DNA from: Tetramitus jugosus
Lineage: Eukaryota; Protista; Heterolobosea
DNA length: 64,000 nt
NCBI GenBank assembly: GCA_937625935.1
Contig: OW569383.1
Location: 372,001-436,000, forward strand
Direction: 5' to 3'
Position 1 is the stretch's first letter; each line of letters begins with the position of its first letter. Below the pieces are notes generated by a model. That model made no database searches and was not told where the DNA came from. It was given only the letters and a program-made list of their open reading frames with translations. Position numbers and translations under genes: made by a program. Below, one piece after another: positions 46,101 to 61,100 of the stretch.

Positions 46101-49100
46101 ATGGAACTTACCAGCTGCAATCTGAATAATTCTTTTCCTGGTCAAAATAGCTCCGACTTTAACAGGTGTGTACTTTGATACAAAATCTCCAATTCCCAAT
46201 TCTCCATCAAGGTTGAAACCCCAAGTGTATACGGATCCATTGAAAGAAAGTGCCATGCTGTGGTATCCTCCACAAGCGATTGCAACAATGTCTTCTGTCA
46301 ATAATTCACCGGTGACCTGAGTTGGAGTCAATTGCAAATCTTGAGGAGAGTTCATACCTATCTGGCCGTATTGATTGGAGCCCCAAGCGAAAACAGTTCC
46401 GTTACTATCTAGGGCCATTGCGTGATTGATACCACCACATAGTCCAATAATCGTCGAACCAGAGAGAATATGTTGTTGAACTCCTTTTGATATAGTTGTT
46501 CCGTCACCAAGTTGGCCATGCCAATTTTTACCCCATGAGTAAATCTCGCCACTCACCGTCTTTATGAGAGAATACTCGTAAGAAGGAGCCACTAAATTAA
46601 CTGGTGTAGAATAGAAGAGAGTTGATCTCTCAACAGTAGGACGAAAGCCTATACCTCTTACACCTAACTGAGCGAACGAATCTTGACCCGAAGCGTACAG
46701 ATAACCGTATGACTCCACTTCACAATTCGATCCCGAGAAGCCCTGGAAGCAAACGCAAGTATCTAACGAAAGGCATCTTCCGTGTCCAGAGCATACATTA
46801 GGCTCTGTCGCGTTCACTCCAGAACATTGTGCCACACTGCAGTCTTTTCCTCCGTAAGTAAAAGCACATTCGCATCGGTCCAACGCAGTGCAATTGCCTC
46901 TCCATGAACATACAGATGGATCATCAAATAATATTCCAAAACAAGATAGTCCAGAATACAAAAATAGTGAATGTGTTGTTCCAGCAGACACACTTGTAAT
47001 GTATCTTTCAGGGATTGTGTTACCGACTGCCGAGGAGTAATTTCGACTCATAAATGTATAATCTCCCAACTGACCATTTGAATTGACACCCCAACCATGT
47101 GCTGTTCCGTTTGATACAACCAGAATTAAAAAGTTGGCATTCTTTCCCACTGAAATTGACAGAATAGGATGATCAATATCTAATGATACAATTTCAGGAT
47201 AGTTGCGAGAAATGACGACAGAATTCTCTCCCAATTGTGCACTCGGAGTATTGGACCCCCATGAGAACAGAGAACCATTTCGCAAGAGGGTGTACGAGCT
47301 CTCGATACCAGCAGCAATAGCTATGACTGGTTCCTTGCCAAAAACATCATTAGAATGAACTCTATATGGCAAACTCCTACTCTTCGTTGTACCGTCTCCT
47401 AATTGACCCATGTTATTTCTACCCCACGAGTAGACGGATCCATCTTCATTCAGTGCTAGAGTATGATAATTACCTGCTGCTACCATCACTATTTTCTTTA
47501 TATTGAGCACACCTCCGACGACAGTAGGGAAAGAAACAACATTCATATTGTTCCCGATTCCTAATTCGCCAAACGTATTACTTCCCCAGGCGAACACTCT
47601 ACCTGATGCTGAAATAGCTAGTGAATGAGTATGACCACAAGCAATATCCACAATTGTTTCCAAAGCAAAGTACTGTGTGATATTGACAGGTACTAAAGAA
47701 GGCTCAGTATTTCCAGTACCCAATTGTCCATGAGTGTTAGTGCCCCAGGAATAAACTTGGTGATTTGAATCAACGGCTAATGTGTAGCCTGAACATGCAA
47801 CGAGCCGTATGATAGATTTGTCCTCAAAAAGTTGAATCGGATAGTATCGAGTGTAAGTTGTATTGTCACCAAGTTGTCCTTGGTCATTATTCCCAAAAGC
47901 AAACACGCCTCGATCTAAACTGACAGCATATGAACTGCCTGCCCCAGCACTGACAAAGCGAATTTTCTGATCTGTCAATAAACTTGCCTGTCTGGGGTAA
48001 TTTCGTGATATAAAGAATCCATCCCCCAATTGAGAACTAGTATCATCTCCTGAAGCAAACATAAATTGTTGATCAGTGCTGTTGCATGTAGTACCGTAAT
48101 GACCGGAATCACAAATGCATGTATCTTCGTATAAACACGATCCATGTCCAGAACAAACTAAAGGATGCGTTGCTGGAAGTCCATGACATGTAGCGATCGA
48201 GCAATTTGTGCCACCATAATCTCCCATACAAAGGCAGAAGTCATCGGATGTGCATATTCCCCGGAAAGAGCACACACTGACATCATCGGCCAGAACTCCA
48301 TCACAGAATATTCCATGATATATCATTAACGAATGAGAAGTTCCTGATGCAAATGAGAGAACAGAACTACTTTGATATTCTTGTCGATGCATTTTGAACG
48401 GATATGAGATGATCGATGATACATTACTTATGGTCAAGTGCCTGTTGGCATTGTTTCCCCAAGCATAACTCAATCCATCACTTGTTGTGACTTGAACACT
48501 GTCTGACCAAACACTTGCTGAAAGAACTGTGATATTTTGAATTCCAATGACTCTCACAGGTGTTGTTGACATTGGAATTGTTGAATTGATTCCAAGTTGA
48601 CCGAATGAATTGTCACCCCAAGCATACAAGAATCCATCTTCAGCAACTGCGTAAGCTGTTTGTCTTCCTGCTGCAATTTTCTTGACTGATAATCTCTTCA
48701 GCAGACCACCAACACGTCTGGCATGATAAGTATCTGTGCGAGTTGTTGTTCCATCTGCTATCTGACCTTTCGAATTGTCACCCCACACAAATACTTCACC
48801 TCTATCTGTCAGTGCCATTGAATAACTCTCACCTGCTGCAATTGATATCACTTTCTCAAATCCAAGCAATTCTCCATGGCCAGCATTTGCTTGAATCTTT
48901 CTTGTTTGTGTCAATGATGAATCATATTCGGAAAGACCGCCAATTTGGGTCTTGTCATTCTGTCCCCAACCATAAACACTACCATTTGTCGTTCGGATCA
49001 ATAGATGTTGATTTCCACAGGCCAACTCTTCAACTTTTCCTCCTCCGAAATTGTCCGAGGGAAGGGCGAGTGTGTGAGGGAGAGCAGAATTTTTTCCCCA

Positions 49101-52100
49101 GTAGAATATTTTCTCTCGATCGTCCGTTAGAGCAAACGCATGCGAAGCGCCAACACACACGTGCACAAATTTTGAACCACCCAAGATTCTAACTGGACGA
49201 TTTCGATTTGTGAATGAGCCATCACCCAACAGCGACAACAAACTTGTGCCACCTCGACCCCAGGAGTACAATTCTCCTTCTATCGAAACTGCAAACGAAT
49301 TCTCTGGTCCAGCAGACACATGTTTCACAAACTTTGCGTGGGTCAATGGATAAGCTGTTTGAACAGCAACTGTCTGACTGAAATAATAATCGTCGCCCAA
49401 TTGTCCCCAATTATTGGTTCCTGTCGCATATAACAATCCATACACGATATCCTCACACTGAAGACCCGAGTGTTGGAAGGAACAAGAACATGTGTCAAGG
49501 GCAACGCAATGACCTTTACCACCGCATACATGGGGATCAGTCGCACGCAATCCAAAACAAACATTGATGCTGCAATCATTGCCCAAATATCCTGCATCAC
49601 ACAAGCATTCATCTGGTCCTACACACGATCCTCTCCTTGAACAAGCATTCTCATCATCTGAAAGAATTCCAAAACAATATGTTCCATTGTAAATCATCAA
49701 TGAATGAGCACTTCCAGATGAGAATGAAACAATGAAGCTTGTTTGATTCTCAAATCTGACAGTGGGATGAGGAAACAGCACTTTGGGCATTGTTGTTTGC
49801 AAACTCAAGTGCCTGTTGGCATTGTTTCCCCACGCATAACTAATCCCATCACTTGTTGTGACTTGAACACTGTCTGACCAAACACTTGCTGAAAGCACGG
49901 TGATGTTTTGAATTCCAATGACTCTCACAGGTGTTGTTGACATTGGAATTGTTGAATTGATTCCAAGTTGACCGAATGAATTGTCACCCCAAGCATACAA
50001 GAATCCATCTTCTGCAACTGCATAAGCTGTTTGCCTTCCTGCTGCAATTTGTTTGACTGATAATCTCTTCAGAAGACCACCAACTCTTCTTGCATGATAA
50101 GTATCTGTGTTGCTTATTGTTCCATCTGCTATTTGACCTCTCGAATTGTCACCCCACACAAATACTTCACCTCTATCTGTCAGTGCCATTGAATAACTCT
50201 CACCTGCTGCAATTGATATCACTTTCTCAAATCCAAGCAATTCTCCTCTACTTTCGTTCCCTTGTACTGGGCAAGGAGTATCGAGCTGCCCACTGTACCA
50301 CACTTGTTCTCCGAGTTGATGATGAAGGTTATTACCCCAACCATACACCTTACCGTTTGATGTTAGAAGAAGTGTATGTTGAGCTCCACATACCAGAGTC
50401 TTGATCGTTGTGTCGACATAATTCTCCATGGGTGGGCGAAGCACAGATGGAAGGTTGCTATTTCCTCCCCAACTGAGAACACTGTTGTTTCCTGAGGCTG
50501 CAGCTACATATCTTGCACTTGCGCAAGCTGCAACAATATTGTACCCGTTTAAGATCGTCTTGGGACGATTTCTTTGGGTCACTGAACCATCTCCCAGTAG
50601 ACTTGACGCACCCACACTTCCTCGACCCCATGAATAGAGCACCTCAGCTACAGTGAGAGCGAATGAATTGTCAGAGCTCGTAGTCAAGAACTCAGCATAC
50701 TCACCGTAGGACAATGGAAACCATGTTTGAACAGGAAGCAGGCGATCAACAGAATAGTCATCACCAAGTTGACCATGGCTATTATCACCCACGGCATACA
50801 CAAGACCAAACACTGGCTTGTCACATTTAATTCCCAGGAACTGGGAGTCGCATGAGCAAGAGTCTAGAGCAACACAATGTCCATTTCCAGAGCAAATGTC
50901 AGGATCAGTCGCATTCAATCCATAACACACATTGATGCTGCAATCATTGCCCAAGTATCCTGCATCACACAAGCATTCATCTGGACCAACACATGCTCCT
51001 CTCCTTGAACAAGCATTCTCATCATCTGAAAGAATTCCAAAACAATATGTTCCATTGTAAATCATCAATGAATGAGCACTTCCTGATGAGAATGAAACAA
51101 TGAAGCTTGTTTGATTCTCAAATCTGACAGTGGGATGAGGAAACAGCACTTTGGACATTGTTGTTTCCAAACTCAAGTGCCTGTTGGCATTGTTTCCCCA
51201 AGCATAACTCAGTCCATCACTTGTTGTGACTTGAACACTGTCTGACCAAACACTTGCTGAAAGCACGGTGATGTTTTGAATTCCAATGACTCTCACAGGT
51301 GTTGTTGACATTGGAATTGTTGAATTGATTCCAAGTTGACCGAATGAATTGTCACCCCAAGCATACAAGAATCCATCTTCAGCAACTGCATAAGCTGTTT
51401 GCCTTCCTGCTGCAATTTTCTTGACTGACAATCTCTTCAGAAGACCACCAACTCTTCTTGCATGATAAGTATCTGTGTTGCTTATTGTTCCATCTGCTAT
51501 TTGACCTCTCGAATTGTCACCCCACACAAATACTTCACCTCTATCTGTCAGTGCCATTGAATAACTCTCACCTGCTGCAATTGATATCACTTTCTCAAAT
51601 CCAAGCAATTCCCCTCGATTTGCAGTTGCTTGAATGAGAGTGATGGAACTGATTGAACTGCCAATTTGACCCAATTGATTATACTTATTGGTTCCAAATC
51701 CATACACTCGCCCTTTAGATGTTCGAATCAGAGTATGTTGCCATCCACAAGCCAATTCCATCACTGTGGAGTTGTCATAGTTGTTTGAAGGCGCTGATCG
51801 AATTGTTGGAACTGCACCGTTGCTTCCCCAGACATATATCATGTTGTCTTGAGTGACAGCAACGGCATAGTCAACACTTGAGCACATGTGAATGACATGA
51901 GAATGGTCATTCATTATTCTCACCGGTCTGCGTCTAAGTGATATTGTACCATCTCCCAACAATCCTCTATTGACATTGACTGAATCACCACGACCCCATG
52001 AGTACAGTGATCCTTCCAATGTCAGTGCATATGATGTTTGATTTCCTGCTTCAATACACTTTACGTACGCACCATGACTCAAGGGATAGAAAGTTTGTGT

Positions 52101-55100
52101 TGGAAGAATGCGCTGTGGATCATCAAAGTCATCTCCCAGTTGACCATATTGATTGTTGCCAATGGCATACAAAATGCCATAGGATGATAATTCACACTTG
52201 GCACCTGTTGTAAAGACTTCACAACTGCATGTATCAAGCGCAACACAATATCCCTTACCACTGCATACATTAGGATCAGTCGAATTTAATCCATAACAAA
52301 CATTGATGCTGCAATCATTGCCCAAGTATCCTGCATCACACAAGCATTCATCTGGACCAACACATGCTCCTCTTCTCGAGCAAGCATTCTCATCATCTGA
52401 AAGAATTCCAAAACAATATGTTCCATTGTAAATTATCAATGCATGAGCACTTCCAGATGAGAATGAAACAATGAAGCTTGTTTGATTCTCGAATCTGAAA
52501 GTTGGATGAGGGAACAGCACTTTGGGCATTGTTGTTTGCAAACTCAAGTGCCTGTTGGCATTGTTTCCCCACGCATAACTAATCCCATCACTTGTTGTGA
52601 CTTGAACACTGTCTGACCAAACACTTGCTGAAAGCACGGTGATGTTTTGAATTCCAATGACTCTCACAGGTGTTGTTGACATTGGAATTGTTGAATTGAT
52701 TCCAAGTTGACCGAATGAATTGTCACCCCAAGCATACAAGAATCCATCTTCTGCAATTGCATAAGCTGTTTGTCTTCCTGCTGCGATACGAATCGCTGCA
52801 TTCTTTTGAAATTGATGCTCGACCTTTCTACCATTGGAAGTCACAGAATTACTCACTGCATCGCTTGCTACTTGCCCTCTTGAGTTGTCACCCCACACAA
52901 ATACCTCGCCTCTGTCAGTCAACGCCATTGAATAGTGATTTCCTGCCGCGATAGATACTACTTTTTTGAGACCAAGTAACTCACCGTTGTAGGCATCTCC
53001 TTGAATCTTCGTTGGTACTGAGACTGTTTGACCATACAAAACATGGTCACCCAATTGTTCAAACTGGTTACTTCCCAATCCATAGATAGAGCCGTTTGTA
53101 GTGCGAAGTAAGACATGTTCTCCACCACATTCCAACTGGGTGATGAAGTCTCTCCCATCAAGCGTATTGAGTGGAGCCGCTGAGAGAGTGTTATCCCACT
53201 TGAATAACAAATTATCTTCGGTAATTGCGATACCGAAAGTAAGGCAAGAACAAGCACGAAGAATACGTGGTGTATTCGGTAGGATTGGATATGGCCGATT
53301 TATCATACTTACTGAACTATCTCCAAGCCGTCCTCTACCCCAAGAGTACAACTTGTTAGCCATGGTGACAGCATAGGAGTTTTGGTCACCAGCTACTAAC
53401 GACTGTGCATACTCACCGTAAGACAATGGAAACCATGTTTGAACAGGAAGCAGGCGATCAACAGAATAGTCATCACCAAGTTGACCATGGCTATTATCAC
53501 CCACGGCATACACAAGACCAAACACTGGCTTGTCACATTTAATTCCCAGGAACTGGGAGTCGCATGAGCAAGAGTCTAGAGCAACACAATGTCCATTTCC
53601 AGAGCAAATGTCAGGATCAGTCGCATTCATTCCATAACAAACATTGATGCTGCAATCATTGCCCAAATATCCTTCATCACACAAGCATTCATCTGGCCCA
53701 ACACATGCTCCTCTCCTTGAACAAGCATTCTCATCATCTGAAAGAATTCCAAAACAATATGTTCCATCATAAATCATCATGGAATGAGATTCTCCTGCAG
53801 AAATCCCAACGATAACACTTGTTTGAATATTAGACGCAAAGATCTTAAGTGGGTAGAAAAGCACATCTGTCGTTGTATTCAGTATTAAGTGCCTGTTGGC
53901 ATTGTTTCCCCAAGCATAACTCAATCCATCACTTGTTGTGACTTGAACACTGTCTGACCAAACACTTGCTGAAAGCACGGTGATGTTTTGAATTCCAATG
54001 ACTCTCACAGGTGTTGTTGACATTGGAATTGTTGAGTTGATTCCAAGTTGACCGAATGAATTGTCACCCCATGCATACAAGAATCCATCTTCAGCAACTG
54101 CATAAGCTGTTTGTCTTCCTGCTGCAATTTTCTTGACTGACAATCTCTTCAGAAGACCACCAACTCTTCTTGCATGATAAGTATCTGTGCTACTTGTTGT
54201 TCCATCTGCAATCTGACCTCTCGAATTGTCACCCCACACAAATACTTCACCTCTATCTGTCAGTGCCATGGAGTACCTTTCACCTGCTGCAATTGATATC
54301 ACTCTCTCAAATCCAAGCAATTCTCCTTGACTCACATTCGCCTGAACAAGTGTGATTCTATCTATGTCCGCTCCATACACGTATTTGTGACCCAGCTGTT
54401 GGAAGTCATTCAAGCCGTATCCGTATACTCGGCCAGTATTTGTTCTGACCAATACATGATCAGTACCACAAGCACACTCAACAACCAATTCTTCAACGCC
54501 TTTGTCTTCTGAGTAGGTTAGAACTGTGGGGAGATTGTAACCTGTTCCCCAAATAGTAGTATTATGGCGAGTAAGTGCAATCGCAAAACCCTTTGCCGCA
54601 CAAGCTTGAAGCACTTGTTTTGTGTTTGTCATAATCCTAACAGGTCTGTTTCTTTGAATACTACCGTCTCCAAGGAGAGACCCACCAGAGCCCCCAAGTC
54701 CCCAAGAGTAAAGTTCCCCTTTTGTCGTGATAGCGAAGGAAGTGTGCCTACCCGTTGCGACATAGGAAACGTGAACCCCATTAGTAAGGGGGTACGAGGT
54801 TGGAGATGGGATAGAAATGTACAAGTCATCAAGGTTAATACCTAACTGCCCGTAATCATTATGGCCAACAGCATACAGAAGGCCGTGAACGGACTCGTTG
54901 CATCTGGAGCCTAAATACATTGTTTGACAAGAACAAGTGTCCTGGGCGACACATGCTCCGTGACTCGAGCAGACTCTCGGGTCAGTGTGGTTTTTACCGA
55001 AGCAGATATTGGTGCTGCAATCATTGCCCAAATATCCTTCATCACACAAGCATTCATCTGGCCCAACACATGCTCCTCTCCTTGAACATGCATTCTCATC

Positions 55101-58100
55101 ATCCGAAAGAATTCCAAAACAATATGTTCCATTGTAAATCATCAATGAGTGAGCACTTCCTGATGAGAATGAAACAATGAAGCTCGTTTGATTCTCAAAT
55201 CTGAAAGTTGGATGAGGGAACAGCACTTTGGACATTGTTGTTTCCAAACTCAAGTGCTTGTTGGCATTGTTTCCCCAAGCATAACTCAGTCCATCACTTG
55301 TTGTGACTTGAACACTGTCTGACCAAACACTTGCTGAAAGCACGGTGATGTTTTGAATTCCAATGACTCTCACAGGTGTTGTTGACATTGGAATTGTTGA
55401 GTTGATTCCGAGCTGACCGAATGAATTGTCACCCCATGCATACAAGAATCCATCTTCAGCAACTGCATAAGCTGTTTGTCTTCCTGCTGCAATTTTCTTG
55501 ACTGACAATCTTTTCAGTGGACCACCTACACATCTGGCATGGGTTGTGGAACTAACTCCATCACTCGCAACCTGACCTCGTGAATTATCTCCCCAAACAT
55601 ATACCTCTCCCTGATCTGTCAACCCCATTGAAAATGCCTCCCCCGCTGCTACTTGAATGAAAAAGATGTTGGCCAGTGCTTCTCCGAGTGCCACATTTGA
55701 TTGCTGTTCTACTGGTATACTCACAGTGGTACCGTAGACCCTACTGTCCCCTACTTGGTGGATCCAATTGCGTCCCCAACCGTAGACTTTGCCTGTTGAG
55801 ACGAGCAACAGCGCGTGTTGAGAACCACATTCTAACCCCACGACCCGCCCACCATTGTATTTGCTTGAAGATGAGGGCAAAATAGATGGAGAATTTGCAT
55901 TCATGCCCCAAACATACACTGTATTATCGCTGGTCAAAGCTAGTACGAAAGTCAATCCAACACAAGAATCAACAACCTGAGGCATTGCTTTCAGAATTCT
56001 CACTGGTCGATTTCGTTGAGTCGTAGTTCCATCTCCCAAGAGACCAAGCCAATTATTTATAGAGGTACCTGAACCCCATGAATATATTTCTCCATCCACA
56101 GTTAGGGCGAAGGAGTTTTCTATGCTCGCTTCCACTTGTTTAACATACTTCTTTGTGAGTGGATAGTAGGTTTTCGTAGCAGGTAAGTAGCGAGTTCCAT
56201 CATAGAAATCATCTCCTAGTTGGCCTTTGTCATTCCTTCCAAGAGAGTACAAGAGGCCAAACATTGATACTTCGCACCTCTCTCCTGAAAAGAACGTGTC
56301 ACAGGAGCATGAGTTATAATCGACACAGACACCACTTCCAGAGCAAACATCTGGATGACTCTCATTTAATCCAAAACATACATTTATGTTACAATCAAGA
56401 CCTAAGTAACCTGGTGAACAGACACATTCATCTGAAGATACACATGATCCTCTTGAGGAGCACACCTCATCATGTTCAGATAGAGTACCAAAACAGAAAG
56501 TGCCGTTGACTAACACTATAGAATGAGTCGAAGAGGCTTCAGCTCCGACAATAAAACTAGAATTATAAGGGTTTGATACTAAAGTTGGTGTTTTTGCAGA
56601 AAAGTTGGTCTCATCTCCCAATTGAAACGCTGAATTGTCTCCAAATCCCACCGCCGATCCATTTTTTAAAGTCACCAAAACATAATTGCTCCATTTTCCG
56701 GTCGTGATGAGCAAAGCATTTTCAATAGAAGTAAGGGTTGGAGATCTATGAGAGAGAGATGAGTTAGTTCCCAATTGGCCGACCTCATTTCCGCCCCAGG
56801 ACAAGAGTTGCCCTTCCGATGTGATGGCATACGAGGAATCTGCGCCGGCAGAAATGCTTACAACTTTCTTCCTCAAAAGCAATCCTTTCACTTGACGCGG
56901 ATGTCTATTGTTAATTAATGTTCCATCCCCCAATTGACCGTCTGAATTCCGTCCCCAAGAGTAGACATCCCCTCTGTTGGTCAAGGCTAAGCTATGGTAC
57001 TGTCCAGCGGATACCGAGATAACGTGCACATCAGAGAGTACTCCCTTGATAGGGCTAAAAGCTCCTACCCTCACAGGAACAGTTTCTATCTTGTCTCTCC
57101 CATAACCAACGGCACCATAGGACGAATCATCACCAAATCCCCACACTTGACCCTCTTGTGTTAAAACCAATGTATGCAGATGACCACAAGCCACTTGTAC
57201 CGGTGTTCCTGTAATTCCAGACAACAGTTGTGGAGAACTATTATTTGCAGAGTTACCTATACCCATTTGTCCAGAGATAAGTCCCGACGTTGTTCCGTTG
57301 GCAGTATTGAACCCCCACGAATATACCTCGTTGGTGCTCGCTATTGCTACTGTATGATATGTACCACTACAGATACTCAACACTTTTTTGTTCAGCCAAA
57401 CTCTGCTTGGATAGTGTCTGTTTGAGATTGTTCCAGTGCCTAATCTGAAATGGGAACCACTTCCCCAAGCAAATAAATCTCCTTGTGTAGAAATGGCGAA
57501 CGAAAGATCAGATCCAGAAGAGATTTGTTGGATTATTGTTTTTCTCAAGGATTCATAGGGTCTCACCCACTTAGTAGCGGGTATTGAATCACCAGTTCCT
57601 AGTTGACCGAGATGGTTGTTTCCTACAGAGATCAAAGTACCAGAGGCACGCTGTTCGCAATTGTTTCCCGCGTAACCCACAAAACATTTGCATGTATCAT
57701 ATGCAATGCATGTACCATGACCCGAGCAAACTTCAGACTGAGTGTTGTTGTACTGACGACAAGTCGTAAACTGACAAGATTCACCATAATAATTTTGGTC
57801 ACATTCGCAAGTGTCGGTGTCTGTGCAGTTCCCTCGAGTTGAACATGCCATCGTATCATCCATAGGATAATCAAAACAGAAGGTAGTGTTGAAGAGGACA
57901 ATACTAAACACATTCCCAGTGGATGCGGCTACAATTTTTCGATCCTTGAAGGGGTGTACAACGGGAGTTGGGACCGTCTTTGAGATTGTAGAACCATCCA
58001 CTGCCTGCCCTTGAGAATTCAATCCCCAAGAGAAGGCGGAGCCATCAGCTGAAATAGCTATAATCGTTTGATGACTTGCACTCACAGAGACTATCTTCAC

Positions 58101-61100
58101 CCCAATTAATCCAGAAACTAGAGTAGGATACAACCTTTTTGATTCCGTGCTGTTGATTCCTAGTTGCCCTACGGAATTATCACCCCATGAGTAGATTTCA
58201 CCAGTAGCCGAGAGAGCGTACGAAGAAAAAGCACACGCGGTCACTTGAATAATAGGGGCTCCCAACATTGATAATGAGACTCGAGATGGATGCACACTTG
58301 GAATGGTTGAGTTTTGTCCTAATTGCCCTACAGAGTTAGAACCCCATGTGTAAACCTCCCCGTTTCCACCTAGAGCTATACTATGTCTATCACCGACAGC
58401 AACATGAACAATGCGTATTGATGACAGTATTCCCTTGACAGGACTAGAAGTTGCAACCGGTGTAGGAACTATGCGGGTGTAGGCGTCACCCACACCCAGA
58501 CGTCCAAACTCTCCATTTCCCCAAGCATAGAGCTTCCCAGAAGAAGAGCGAGCTATTGCATGGTGTGTACCACAACTCACAGCAACTATTTTCTCATTGT
58601 TGGCCAAAGAAGGAAAAGTGATTGCTCTTGGATTTTTCGAGTAATAGTAGGTGCCCAAGCCCAACACACCCGAGATAGAAGGTGCCCAATGAGGATAATT
58701 ACAAGGACAAGCAGTTTCACTACAAGGTTTGTAGTTGTCCTTGCAGAAAATCGTCGCGTCAACAGTATTATAGCCCCAAGAGTACACTGTACCGCTAGAA
58801 GTAACAGCGATTGCATGATACCTTCCTGCACATGCACTAACAACCTGATGGTTGGTAAGAATATTCTTAGGTCTTATTGCTGTAGATGTTGTTCCGTCAC
58901 CTAAATTGTAGTAACTATTTTTACCCCATGCATACAAGGCATTCTTCCTTGTGATAGCCAGAGCGAAATCCCAACCTGCTGTTATGAACTTAACATGCTC
59001 CCCGTACGAAAGAGGATAAGATGTGCTGGTAAGAACCGTTTGACTTAAATAGTAGTCATCCCCCAGTTGTCCTGCTGTATTTGATCCGACAGTGTACGTC
59101 TCTCCATACAACCAAACACTACAATCTGAACCTGTGAATCCAGAGGAGCACGAACAGGAGTTGTGAGCGATACATATTCCCTGTCCTGAACACACCGAAG
59201 AATCTGTTGAATTTGTTCCAAAACAGGTTGTAAAACCACAATTCGGACCAAAGTAGCCCGACTGACAGATACACATGTCGGTTGCAACACAGATTCCTCT
59301 CCAAGAACATGCATAAGGATCATCAGAAAATAATCCATAACAATAGGTTCCATTCAATAGAATCAGAGAGTGCCGCCCCCCTGAAGAAACAGATACTATT
59401 GACCTGTTTGTGTAAGTTTGAGGGACAGGATTCACATACTTTTTGAACATTGGTGTAGGATGAGTCATCGACTCACTTCTTCCGTTCAACAGTTGGAAGT
59501 TCGATCCTTTTCCCCAACCATATCCATCTCCGTTCAAATGTCCTGCAATAACACTGTCCTCAAAAATGCTAGAGGACAAAGAATGGATTGATGTTAAGTT
59601 CAGCTTGATAGGGATGGGAGCAGGACCGATCGGCGAACCAATGCCCAGTTGATAATTCGAATTATCTCCCCACGAGTACACACTTCCCTCTGAACTGAGT
59701 CCATAAGATGATTTTGCACCTGCTGATATAGATTTGAAAGCTACTTTGTACATGGTTTCCTTGTAGAGCATCTTCGGAAATCTTCTCAATTTGGGGATTT
59801 TCTCAACTTCATCACCAATCTGTTCGTTGTCATTCCTTCCCCATACGTATATCTCCCCTTTCTCACTAAGAGCCATACTATGATACAATCCAGCAGCTAT
59901 CGAGATTATTTTAATATTGTCGAGAGTTCCTCCAGAGTTTAGATTTTGGGCCACCGGAACAGGAACCAATTCCTGAGCTCCAACACCATATTGTCCATTA
60001 CCTAATTGACCAAACTCATTATTTCCCCACCCCCATACTTCTCCGTTCCTCAATATGACCAAACAATGATACAACCCACATGAAACTGAAACTGCTTCTG
60101 CCGGGATTCCTGACACCTCATGAGGTGAGGTTCTTTGATAAATGTACCCCTGTCCTAAACTACCGATAATTGTGGGTTGAGAGATGCACAGAGATGGAGA
60201 AGAGTTAGGACAACATTGTGTATCAGAACACCAGTTATAGAAGATAGTACACGTTTCACAAGACCTATAGCTGTACCGCACATTACCGTTCAATGTGTTA
60301 GAACCCCAGGAGTACACCTTTCCATCTGTTGAAACTGCGGCAGCATGATACATGGAGGCAGAGGCTGAATTAAAAGTATTTGTCGAGAAAAGTCGCGGTC
60401 TATAGTATAAACCATAAGCTGAAGTTCTTCCCCACTCAAATATTTTTCCATCAAGAGTGATGGCCAACGAGAAGAATTGGCCTGCCGATATGAATTTGAC
60501 ATAAGCATCTGTGGACAAAGGAAAAGAGGTCATCCCTAACAGAGAACGACTCAAATAGGAATCATCACCTAGTTGCCCCTGATCGTTGTACCCTGCTGCA
60601 TACACATACCCAAAGACTGTTTTCTCACAATTCTCACCGGAATACAAACCATTGGTACAAGAACAGATATTATGAGCAATACATGTACCCCTACTGGAGC
60701 AAACACTTGGGTTTGTGGAATTTACCCCAAAACAGATCGTGGCTTCACATTCTTCCCCAAAATACCCAGAATCGCAAGTACAAATATCATCTGATGTGCA
60801 TCTACCTCTCCAGGAACAAACCAACGGGTCATCAGCCAACATACCGAAGCATCGTGTGCCATTAAACAACAAGAGAGAGTGCGTAGAACCTGCGCCAACT
60901 CCTACTAGACGAGTCGTAGGGAAGTGTATGTTGACTGTTTGAGCCACAGGTTCCAATCTTTGCTCTGTGGTTTTATCTCCTAGTATTGAATAAGTATTCG
61001 TACCCCAAGAGTAACCAACACCCTCAATTGTGATGCCCGTAACCCAGTTAGCCGATTTGCTCGGACATATCTCTCTAATAAACACACCCTCCAAAAGCCT

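Noticed and set aside
48436-55490. CRISPR array or diversity-generating retroelement (TR/VR pair) as the explanation for the repeated blocks
   Set aside because: The repeats are ~1.37-kb in-frame protein modules. No cas or reverse transcriptase gene is in the window, and the differences do not look adenine-specific.
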